DNA from: an uncultured Caldilineaceae bacterium
Lineage (GTDB): Bacteria > Chloroflexota > Anaerolineae > Caldilineales > Caldilineaceae
Reading direction: 5' to 3'
Length of the DNA stretch: 64,000 bases
Assembly (NCBI GenBank): GCA_964566955.1
Contig: CAZMKQ010000002.1
Coordinates: 8,171-72,170 of the forward strand
The first letter of the stretch is position 1. Each line of letters starts with the position of its first letter. The notes below the pieces were generated by a model. It saw only the letters and a list, made by a program, of their open reading frames with translations, was not told where the DNA came from and made no database searches. Shown here in pieces: positions 9,326-17,499 of this stretch. The position numbers and the translations under genes are program-made.

Positions 9326-12142
9326 GTGCGCCTATCGTGGAATGAGATCCGGGCGCGGGCCGCCGCCTTCGCGCGCGAGTGGTCCGATGCAGCCTACGAA
9401 AAGGGCGAAGCCCAAAGCTTCTACAACGAGTTCTTCGAGATCTTCGGCGTCCGGCGGCGGACCGTGGCGCGTTACGAGGAGCATGTAACGCGCCTCGACA
9501 ACTCAAGCGGTTTCATCGACCTGTTTTGGCCAGGCGTCCTGCTGGTCGAACAGAAGAGCGCGGGGCGCGACCTGGAGGCGGCCCGTGTCCAGGCCGGAAC
9601 CTACTTCGACGCCTTGCCGGAACGGGACCGGCCGCGGTATCAGTTGCTCTGTGACTTTCAGAGGTTCGAGCTCCTTGACCGCGACGAGCGGGAGGAGACG
9701 TACTTCACCCTCGCCGATCTTCCTCAGCACGTCGAGAAGTTCGGGTTCATCATCGGGGTGCAACGCCGGACGTTCCGCGACCAGGATCCGGTCAACATCG
9801 AAGCCTCCGAGCTTGTGGCCCGACTGCACGATGCGCTGAGGGCATCCGGTTACGTGGGGGACGACCTGCAGTTGTTTCTGGTGCGGGTTGTGTTCTGTCT
9901 GTTTGCCGACGACACCGGGATCTTCGAGCCGCGGGACATCTTCCTGCAGTTCGTCGAAGACCGAACGGCACCGGACGGAACGGATGTTGGCCTCTGGTTG
10001 TCGCGGTTGTTTCAGGTCCTCAACACGCCCGTCAACGACCGCCAAACCGAACTCGACGAGGATTTGTCACAGTTTCCGTACGTCAACGGCGACCTCTTCG
10101 CGGACCCACTGCGGTTTGCGGACTTCAACTCGGAGATGCGTTCAATCCTGTTGGATGCCTGCCGTTTCGACTGGACCGCAATCTCGCCCGCGATCTTTGG
10201 GGCCCTGTTCCAGTCCGTCATGGAACCTGTCGAGCGACGCCAACAGGGAGCCCACTACACGACCGAGAAGAACATCCTCAAGGTCATCGAGCCTCTGTTC
10301 CTGGACGGCCTGAGGGAGGAATTCGGGCGGCTGCAGCAACGGCGGGACGGGCGCGCCGTGTCCGATCTCCGCCGGTTTCGCGACCGGCTCGGGACCTTGC
10401 GATTCCTCGATCCGGCCTGTGGTTGCGGCAACTTCCTGATCATCGCCTACCGGGAGCTGCGTATCCTGGAGATTGAGGTGTTGCGGGAGCTGGCTGTGCG
10501 GGCCGGCGGGCAGCAACTTGCGTTGGAAATCTCCTCGGTCGTGGAGGTGGATCAGTTCTACGGCATCGAGATTGGCGAGTTTGCGTCGCGGATCGCCTCC
10601 ACTGCGCTGTGGATGATGGACCACATCATGAACAACCGGCTGAGCCTGGAGTTCGGCCAGACGTTCGCGCGCATTCCGATTGAGAAGTCGCCTCACATCC
10701 ATACGGCTGATGCATTGGAGAGCGAGTGGCAGGAAATCCTGGCTCCAGAGGATTGTTCCTGCATCCTTGGCAATCCTCCTTTTAGTGGGGCGAAGTTTCA
10801 ATCCCCTTACCAACGGGCACAGGTGCACCGTGTGGCGGCACTGGGTGGATCCGGCGGATCGTTGGACTATGTGGCCGCGTGGTTCGTCAAGTCCGGGGAG
10901 TACGTGGCTGATGCCCGGACCCAGGGCACACAGGTTCCAAGGATTGGATTCGTGGCCACCAACTCGATCACGCAGGGCGAGCAGATTGCCCAGTTGTGGC
11001 CGATTCTGTTCGACCGGTATGGACTTGAAATTTCATTTGCCCACCGGACGTTTGCATGGGGTTCCGATGCCCGAGGGAAAGCCCATGTACATGTGGTCAT
11101 CGTTGGGTTGGATGCATCCGAGCAGGTTCCAACTCGAAGGCGGTTGTTCTCGTACGAAGGCAAGGGTGACGAACCACTCGAAAGCAACCATGTAGTGATT
11201 TCACCGTATCTCATTGATGGCAGTGGCTTGGCCAATCCTCATGTGGTGGTCAGTGAAGAGGCTCGACCCATCAATGGCTTTGGGCGGCTTATCACCGGGT
11301 CGAAGCCCATCGATAACGGTCACTATATCTTCAACGCGGAACAACGTTGTGCGTTCCTGAATGTAGAACCTGGTGCACGCGAATTGCTCCGGCCGTTTGT
11401 GGGAGCAAGAGAGTTCCTTCAGGGAGGCAAGCGCTGGATTCTCTCCCTGCATCAGGTGCCCCCGGAGGTGCTGGCAAGCATGCCGGACGTGAAGGAGCGG
11501 ATTGCAGCGGTGCGTGCATATCGACAAGCCAGCAAAAGCAAACCGACCAACAAACTGGCTGAAACGCCGACTCTGTGGCACGTGAATGTCATTCCAGCAG
11601 GTCCTTTTCTCGTTGTCCCTCAAGTAAGTTCTGAAAGGCGTGAGTACGTGCCAGTAGGTTGGCTAGAACCGCCGACCATACCCAGCGATAAGCTTCGATT
11701 GCTACAGGATGCGACACTGACCGACTTCGCCCTTCTGACTTCCGCCATGCACATGGCATGGATGCGGTTGGTCACGGGACGGATGAAGAGTGATTACATG
11801 TATTCGGTGGGAGTGGTCTACAACACATTCCCAACCCCACCGGGTTTCCTGCAGGGTGGGTTGGACCTATCCGCCCTGGAGCCACTGGCACAGACTGTGC
11901 TCGATGCTCGGGGCCAATATCCCGCCTCCACGTTGGCCAATCTCTACGATCCCGACCTGATGCCTCCAAACCTCCGCAAGGCCCATCAGGCGCTCGATCG
12001 CACCGTGGACCGCCTGTACCGTTCGAAGCCCTTCGCCTCCGAACGGGAGCGTGTGGAACACCTGTTGATGCTCTATTCGGAGATGCGTGCGCCCTTGGAC
12101 GCAGCAGCAGCGAAGAAGTCAAGGAGAAGAAGGCGTCGGTAA
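9326..12142 (+). CDS. MmeI-family Type IIL (Type IIG) restriction-modification enzyme: fused PD-ExK endonuclease, N6-adenine methyltransferase and target-recognition domain
   Basis: 938 aa with a GTG start. The N-terminus 'LSWNEIRARAAAFAREWSDA...GFIDLFWPGVLLVEQKSAGRDL' carries a D-x-EQK nuclease motif as in MmeI. Methyltransferase motif I is 'FLDPACGCGNFLI' and motif IV is 'GNPPFSG'. Confidence 0.85.
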   Translation: MRLSWNEIRARAAAFAREWSDAAYEKGEAQSFYNEFFEIFGVRRRTVARYEEHVTRLDNSSGFIDLFWPGVLLVEQKSAGRDLEAARVQAGTYFDALPERDRPRYQLLCDFQRFELLDRDEREETYFTLADLPQHVEKFGFIIGVQRRTFRDQDPVNIEASELVARLHDALRASGYVGDDLQLFLVRVVFCLFADDTGIFEPRDIFLQFVEDRTAPDGTDVGLWLSRLFQVLNTPVNDRQTELDEDLSQFPYVNGDLFADPLRFADFNSEMRSILLDACRFDWTAISPAIFGALFQSVMEPVERRQQGAHYTTEKNILKVIEPLFLDGLREEFGRLQQRRDGRAVSDLRRFRDRLGTLRFLDPACGCGNFLIIAYRELRILEIEVLRELAVRAGGQQLALEISSVVEVDQFYGIEIGEFASRIASTALWMMDHIMNNRLSLEFGQTFARIPIEKSPHIHTADALESEWQEILAPEDCSCILGNPPFSGAKFQSPYQRAQVHRVAALGGSGGSLDYVAAWFVKSGEYVADARTQGTQVPRIGFVATNSITQGEQIAQLWPILFDRYGLEISFAHRTFAWGSDARGKAHVHVVIVGLDASEQVPTRRRLFSYEGKGDEPLESNHVVISPYLIDGSGLANPHVVVSEEARPINGFGRLITGSKPIDNGHYIFNAEQRCAFLNVEPGARELLRPFVGAREFLQGGKRWILSLHQVPPEVLASMPDVKERIAAVRAYRQASKSKPTNKLAETPTLWHVNVIPAGPFLVVPQVSSERREYVPVGWLEPPTIPSDKLRLLQDATLTDFALLTSAMHMAWMRLVTGRMKSDYMYSVGVVYNTFPTPPGFLQGGLDLSALEPLAQTVLDARGQYPASTLANLYDPDLMPPNLRKAHQALDRTVDRLYRSKPFASERERVEHLLMLYSEMRAPLDAAAAKKSRRRRRR

Positions 12143-12537
12143 ACAGCGCGGATGCCAACGGACTGAAGTTGGCAGTGGTTGGGTAAAGGTTTGACCAACT
12201 CGGAAGATCCAACCTGACATCGCATGGCTCTGCTGGCAGGCGGTCTGTTGAGGGGGCCTTTGAAGCAATGGATTCGGATGTCGGAATACGGACGGGGTTG
12301 GACGGGCTGAATGAGAGCAAGATGGAGCGGCGTGCCGGGCTTGACCGGGACTGGAGTTCGGATCCAAGGCGGGAGGAGGCCCGTTGTCTCTGGAATGTTG
12401 GAGAGTGCAGATTCGCCAAGGCGGGTTGGGATCGTTGCCTGTCATTTTGGGTGGCCGGTCTACCCCTGCTGCGGTCTTGACTTCGGACTACAATCCGGGG
12501 TGCCGCCACCCCCTGTGTGGTGGACTGCCAGTAGCGG

Positions 12538-13452
12538 ATGAATTCAGACATGGCCGAGCGCGAGCCTTCAGCCAACGTAGACCAGAAGCAATGTTCGGCC
12601 AACGGCAGGCCAGTGCTGCGACCCGGTGTCTCGGACTACGCACGCCTCCGGCGGGACGGACACGCCTACGTCGATAAGACTGGCGCATTGGCACATCTGT
12701 TGAACTCCGGTGAGTTTCTGTTTCTGGCGCGGCCGCGTCGGTTCGGCAAGACGCTGATGCTGTCAACCATCGAGTGCATGTACCAGGGAGACCGACCACA
12801 AGTCCGGGATCCGTTCGTGGAGTTCGCTCATCCAATCGCCAAGGTGTCGGATGAGCTGTTGTTGCAGAGTGGCTATCTGACACACCATCCTGCCCGGGAC
12901 GGTCAACCTGCTCGGTTGGGTTGGCCCAATCGGGAAGTCGCGCGGACGGTGCTACGGGACCTGGCGCGTACCCATGTTGGCAATGAATTGCCGGGCATCG
13001 AGCGGCTCCGGACATGTCTGACAACAGGGGACTATCGGAAATTGCCGAATGTCCTGTTGGACTGCCTGTACGCGTTTCCCTACAACATCATGGATGATGA
13101 ATACTCCTACCACGCCGCACTGCACGGCATCTTCCTGGGCATGGGGGTGGTGCCGAGGGCGGAACGGCGCGAGTTGTCTGGACGGTACGACTTGGCGGCG
13201 ATTTTCCGTGGCCGGGCTTGTGTGTTCGAACTCACGTACAACCGCAGCCTGCGGGAAGCACAGGCACAGGCCGACCGCCGACAATACGGACGCAGCCTGT
13301 TGGTGGAGTTGGAACAAGCGGAAGATGCCACTTGTATTGCTCTGCACGTAACCCGGACCGGGGAAGGGCAGGTTCGCATTGAAGGTGCGCAACGGCCCGT
13401 GCACGCAGTTGATGCTGAATGGATGTCACTTGAGACCGAGCCGGTTCCTTGA
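12538..13452 (+). CDS. AAA-ATPase-like (PF09820-type N-terminus) / PDDEXK_9 nuclease-family protein; unusually short and possibly internally deleted
   Basis: The N-terminus 'YVDKTGALAHLL...FLFLARPRRFGKTLMLSTIECMY' is the AAA-ATPase-like signature. The C-terminus 'ELSGRYDLAAIF...CVFELTYN...EAQAQADRRQYG' resembles the PDDEXK_9 core. The protein is only 304 aa; from memory, family members are usually about 500 aa or more. Confidence 0.6.
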   Translation: MNSDMAEREPSANVDQKQCSANGRPVLRPGVSDYARLRRDGHAYVDKTGALAHLLNSGEFLFLARPRRFGKTLMLSTIECMYQGDRPQVRDPFVEFAHPIAKVSDELLLQSGYLTHHPARDGQPARLGWPNREVARTVLRDLARTHVGNELPGIERLRTCLTTGDYRKLPNVLLDCLYAFPYNIMDDEYSYHAALHGIFLGMGVVPRAERRELSGRYDLAAIFRGRACVFELTYNRSLREAQAQADRRQYGRSLLVELEQAEDATCIALHVTRTGEGQVRIEGAQRPVHAVDAEWMSLETEPVP

Positions 13453-13944
13453 GATTGCGATACGGTTTCCTCCGGTCGGTCTGCCGACACTGTGACGAAG
13501 CGAACGGTGGTCTTTCCGGAACAGGCAATGGCAAACCTGTTCAGCAACTGTGTCGAAAGTCAAGCCTTGCCAGCCGGGGGCACAGGCACAGAGTCCTGTT
13601 GCCAAGGGACCTGGTCCCGGATTACCGAGTTCAGGATGTGGAGTAGCCGGCGGTTGTTGTGCAGCTGCTGCCACCATGGAGACCGGGTTCGGGGTCAGGG
13701 CCACCAGTAGTTTGTGAAGGTTCTGGACTACCGAACCGGTGAATACACTTTGCAGTCCAGGTCTCCGCACATGGCCGCAAGGCTCGGCGAAAGTGTGACA
13801 AGGGGCTTTTCGACTGCCTTGGAAGCTTGCCAACAGCAGGCAAGCCAGCCCATCGGTGAATTTAAAACGGGCTGTTCACACGTTCCGTGAAGTTATTTTG
13901 TTGGACGGAGGAAGGGAGCGGAGTCAAACGATCCTGAATGGCCG

Positions 13945-13978
13945 CGGGCGGGACTGGAAACAACTCCAGTCCCGCCCG
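13945..13978 (-). terminator. Strong hairpin immediately downstream of the 13994..15358 gene (terminator-like, no clear U-tract)
   Basis: cgggcgggactgga-aacaac-tccagtcccgcccg forms a 14-bp perfect stem, 16 nt past the stop codon of the minus-strand gene. Confidence 0.55.
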
Positions 13979-13993
13979 TTCAATGCCAACGGA

Positions 13994-15358
13994 TCAGCTT
14001 CGGCAGAGCAGCGGTTGCCGGGCGTCCGCGTTGTAGTCCCAAGGGTTGCCTACGGCAACCGACACAAAGTTCCGATTGCTGAATCCGGACCGGCACAGGC
14101 AATCTGCCGCTTGGCTCCGTGCGGAATCCACTTCCTGGCGAAGGATCTGGGCGTGGGTCGGTGACAGAAGCCCCCTGAGCAGGCCCAGGTTATACATGCG
14201 GAGCAGTTCTTCCTTGACACCGATGCCTCGTGTCGGGCAGGCGCCGTTGGCCGTGGCGATCCGCGAATCACACGCCTGGAGTCTCGGATCATCGAACTCC
14301 ATTACCGTTGGACCCGAGTACGGGATGCCGTGGCCTGAGAGGCACGACCTGGTTTGCGGGTCGGTGATTTGGATGAACACCCGGCCCAGATGGCTGGACA
14401 TCCCCGTGCCGGAACCAATGACCCTGATGCAGCCTTGCGCCGTGTTGCACTCGCCGAAGCCACTGGCCGTGTCCAGGTAGCCGCCATAGTTGACGTATAC
14501 GGCATCCAGGTACAGCGTGCCACTGTAGCGCGGTTGGGCCGGTGGGTGGGAAGGCTGGTAGGAAGGCGGCTGGTATACGGGCGGAGCCGGAGGCACATAT
14601 GTGGGCTGTCGCCGAGGAGCATATGGCCGGTCGCCGACATCGGCTAGGTCGTTTTCGTAGTCCTCCAAGGTGAAGCCGCGTGTGTCGTCTTCCTCATCAT
14701 CCAAGTCGTTGTAATCGTCGCCGCTGCGCATGTTGTCATCGAGCCAGTCGTCAAGGGCATCGTCGATGCACTCCCAGACATCGTCCTCGTTGTCGTCGTA
14801 CAGGCATGAACCAGCTTCGTCCCAGAGCTCGCCCATTTCAGTCCAGTCCTTCCTGCCATAGCTGTTGCCGTCGCAGTCGGCAGCGTTGAAGCAAACGCGC
14901 AATTCCTCGGCGCACACGCTGTCGCCGCGCTTGCAGTACGGGGTGATCTCGAAGTCGTCATCGGGTCTGATGACGGGCCACTCCACGGTGAAACCGTCGG
15001 CGGACTTCACGCTTTCCCAGCAGTTTTGAAATTTTTCCCACCGATCATCGCCGCTGGCATTGGCGGCACAGTCGTCAGTGGAGTCGTCGAGTTCCATGGC
15101 CCATCTGTCCCTATAGTCGGTGCCGGCTCCGGCAGGTGCTCCCCTGACTCTCACTGCGCAGTTTTCGTCTATCTCGTCACAGTCTCTGGTGATTGCAAAC
15201 CAAGCGTAGCTGGCCCTGGCCTCAATCACATCGAACCAACTGCTTTCAAAGTCGGTGGGTGTGTTCGCTAGTGAGACCGAGGTCAGGCCGGCGGTGATCA
15301 GGATGGTGCCCAGCAACACCAGCAGGAACCTGGCTGGGAGTTTCGCGTGTCTGTTCAT
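13994..15358 (-). CDS. Secreted hypothetical protein: signal peptide, acidic Cys-rich N-domain, Pro/Tyr/Gln-rich linker and a Cys-containing C-domain
   Basis: N-terminus 'MNRHAKLPARFLLVLLGTILITAGLTSVSLA' is signal-peptide-like. A D/E/C/W-rich region follows, then the linker 'PYAPRRQPTYVPPAPPVYQPPSYQPSHPPAQP'. I do not recognise a family. Confidence 0.7.
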   Translation of the reverse strand: MNRHAKLPARFLLVLLGTILITAGLTSVSLANTPTDFESSWFDVIEARASYAWFAITRDCDEIDENCAVRVRGAPAGAGTDYRDRWAMELDDSTDDCAANASGDDRWEKFQNCWESVKSADGFTVEWPVIRPDDDFEITPYCKRGDSVCAEELRVCFNAADCDGNSYGRKDWTEMGELWDEAGSCLYDDNEDDVWECIDDALDDWLDDNMRSGDDYNDLDDEEDDTRGFTLEDYENDLADVGDRPYAPRRQPTYVPPAPPVYQPPSYQPSHPPAQPRYSGTLYLDAVYVNYGGYLDTASGFGECNTAQGCIRVIGSGTGMSSHLGRVFIQITDPQTRSCLSGHGIPYSGPTVMEFDDPRLQACDSRIATANGACPTRGIGVKEELLRMYNLGLLRGLLSPTHAQILRQEVDSARSQAADCLCRSGFSNRNFVSVAVGNPWDYNADARQPLLCRS

Positions 15359-15454
15359 GGTGTCTCTCCTCCGGAGGCGTGAGGGACGGGTTGTGTTCTG
15401 GTGTGAGTGTCAGGGTGTCGACTGGGTGTTGTGCAAGTTCTTGAAGGCAGGCCT

Positions 15455-16378
15455 TCAGTTGGGAGCCCAGTCCACAATGATTTGGGCGGCAGCGCCCGAG
15501 TCGTAGTACTCGACCCTGACCAGGTGGGTTCCGGCAGGCGGCGCGTAGTCCTTGAAGTACAGCGTCGCCGCCTGGGGTACCCAGCCGTCAATAACAAGGG
15601 TGTTGCCCACCCACACGCGTACGCCATCGTCCGACAGCGCCATGAACCGGTAGTTCCGGCCGTTGAAGTGGAATGTGTTGGTCCAGGCCACACTGAACAG
15701 ATCGGCCTGCACGCCCCGTCCCGGACTGCTGTGACCCCAGTTGAAGTTGATCGCCTGATCCGATCGGTTCAGGATCAACGCGGCCGGAGGCTGGTAGTGG
15801 TAGTAGCTGGCATTCCACGGCCCTTTGGGGACGTGTGCGGCCGGACTGGGCGGTGGCGCAGGCACGTAGGCGGGGGCTGCGGGGACTGGCGCGGGTGCCG
15901 GAATGGCGACGCCCTGCCATGAGTAGTTCAGCCTCGCGTAGGACGGCAGGCACAGGATGTTGCCCGGGTTGACTGCGGCGCCGGCGTGCAGGTTGTTGAT
16001 TTGAGCCAGCGTGATCGGATTGACTCCGTAGGCGCCTCCAATCCATTCCAGCGTCTCGTTGGGATTGACGGTGTGCATCTGCGGGCACTGGGATGGCGTA
16101 GGACCGATCAACCCCGGAATGGGTACATTCACCGTGGTGCCGGCTCGTACGTACCCGTGGGTCGGAAGGCCGGGATTGATGCTCACCAGTTGCTCCACGG
16201 TGATGCCGTGGCGAATGGCAATGGTGTACACGGTGTCGCCTTGCCGGACATAGTAGCCCGACCCGACAGGAGCCTGCGCCAAAACTGTGGATCCGCCTAC
16301 CGTCAACAACAAGAGCAGGGCCAGGACCAGGGCCCGCGCCGTTTTGCTTGGCAGGTTGCGAATAAAGTACCCGTGCAT
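15455..16378 (-). CDS. Secreted protein with two LysM domains and a C-terminal PA14-like domain
   Basis: A signal peptide is present. LysM repeats are 'YYVRQGDTVYTIAIRHGITVEQLVSINPGL' and 'HTVNPNETLEWIGGAYGVNPITLAQINNL'. The PA14-like C-terminus is 'WNASYYHYQ...INFNWG...FSVAWTNTFHF...YRFMALSDDGVRVWV...'. GGGAG lies before ATG 16378. Confidence 0.85.
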   Translation of the reverse strand: MHGYFIRNLPSKTARALVLALLLLLTVGGSTVLAQAPVGSGYYVRQGDTVYTIAIRHGITVEQLVSINPGLPTHGYVRAGTTVNVPIPGLIGPTPSQCPQMHTVNPNETLEWIGGAYGVNPITLAQINNLHAGAAVNPGNILCLPSYARLNYSWQGVAIPAPAPVPAAPAYVPAPPPSPAAHVPKGPWNASYYHYQPPAALILNRSDQAINFNWGHSSPGRGVQADLFSVAWTNTFHFNGRNYRFMALSDDGVRVWVGNTLVIDGWVPQAATLYFKDYAPPAGTHLVRVEYYDSGAAAQIIVDWAPN

Positions 16379-16674
16379 GGACGTGCTCCCGAGCTAGCCG
16401 GGTTCTGCGGATCGCGCCTGTTGCGCGGTGCCGGCCTTTGCCGATCAAGGTGGCGCTGGTCTGAACTGTCTGGGGAGTAGAACGGGCGGACAGCCCCCGG
16501 GGAAGAGGTTGAGGGCTGTGGGAAGGAGTGAGTAGTACGTAGCTGGCCTGTTTACACCATTCAGTTCAGGGCAGGCGCGAACCAAAGGGACGGTCTTGGC
16601 TGTTGCAGGACCTCGTTGGCTGAGTCAATATTTGAAGTATACCCCACGCGCGAGCCGAAGAATGTCGTAGGTTG

Positions 16675-17007
16675 CCAAGCCGTCCGGGCCATTGCACTCT
16701 GTTTTGAGACGATGCCAAGCGAAAAATGACTAAACGAAAATAATCGCAACAACCAGGCACCGAATGTGGTAACGCAACCAGCCTGGCAATCGACGCGTGG
16801 GCGCACACTGCATTGCACAACGTCACAAACAGTAGGCAACTGGGAATCAGCGCCCCATGGCAATAACAGGACTGCACTCCCCAAGTTGGGGGCGGCGAGT
16901 GCGGTACCGGGACCGAGAGGGACCGGATCCGGGTCACCGCGTGCCATGGAGACTGGACTTTCGGCAGACAGGCTCGATTTCATGTCCGCAGTTCCGGACG
17001 CGCTTGG
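16675..17007. ncRNA. Candidate structured RNA core inside a 1.1 kb ORF-free region; strand and class unresolved (RNase P-like motifs, not a canonical fold)
   Basis: 16675-16687 (ccaagccgtccgg) pairs with 16994-17007 (ccggacgcgcttgg): 13 bp with a 1-nt bulge. This helix encloses three others: 16753-58/16781-86, 16799-804/16850-55 and 16855-62/16942-49 (8 bp). Inside the last one lie 16874-79/16897-902 and a ccccaa..ttgggg hairpin. The minus strand reads GAAAGUCCAGUCUCCAUGGCACGCGGUG (16962-16935), resembling the RNase P P4/P5 5' consensus. Confidence 0.3.
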
Positions 17008-17499
17008 CCGCGATGTCTCTGTGGTGTGTTCCTGGTTCCAAGGACGAATTTGTTTTTTTTAGGCCCGCCCTGTGTCCAAGGGCCGCTTCCCCAATCAGGA
17101 TGCGATTGTCCTGTCCAAGCCGGCCTGGTCCGATCGATTGCGTTGTTCTCAATCCGGATCCGCAGGCGGCAAGATGCTCCTTGTAGTGGTCACTGCAAGA
17201 CCAACCGAAACCCGGCAGGAATAGCTTCCCTGCCGTGGCCGCGTTGGGCATTGGGGAGAGTTCCGGATCGCGTATGGCCCAGTCCCTGAAGCCATTCTCG
17301 AGGATTGTGAGAAAGGCGGAAAGCCGTTGAAGTTTTAAGGGTTGATGGGCCGACAGTCAATGGCCGGCAAGTTGGTGTCGTCGTGCTGTTGGGCTGGCGG
17401 TTCGTTGGCAAGGATTCGGCGTTGTGTATTGCTTCCTTGCAGTGTGACGGGTACTGGGAACCAAGGATGGTCAACGACGCAATCCATCAGCGGATGGGT

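Noticed and set aside
16385-16962. Canonical RNase P RNA on the minus strand, with GAAAGUCC (16962-16955) as the P4 5' strand and CAGAACCCGGCUA (16407-16395) as the P4 3' strand
   Set aside because: The two motifs are about 550 nt apart, against about 290 nt in typical type A RNAs. They pair poorly, with A-C and A-A mismatches in P4, and I could not find P1/P2/P3 partners. The 3' motif also sits in the immediate 5' UTR of the LysM gene, next to its GGGAG ribosome-binding site. I kept the region as an unclassified candidate RNA and did not call it rnpB.
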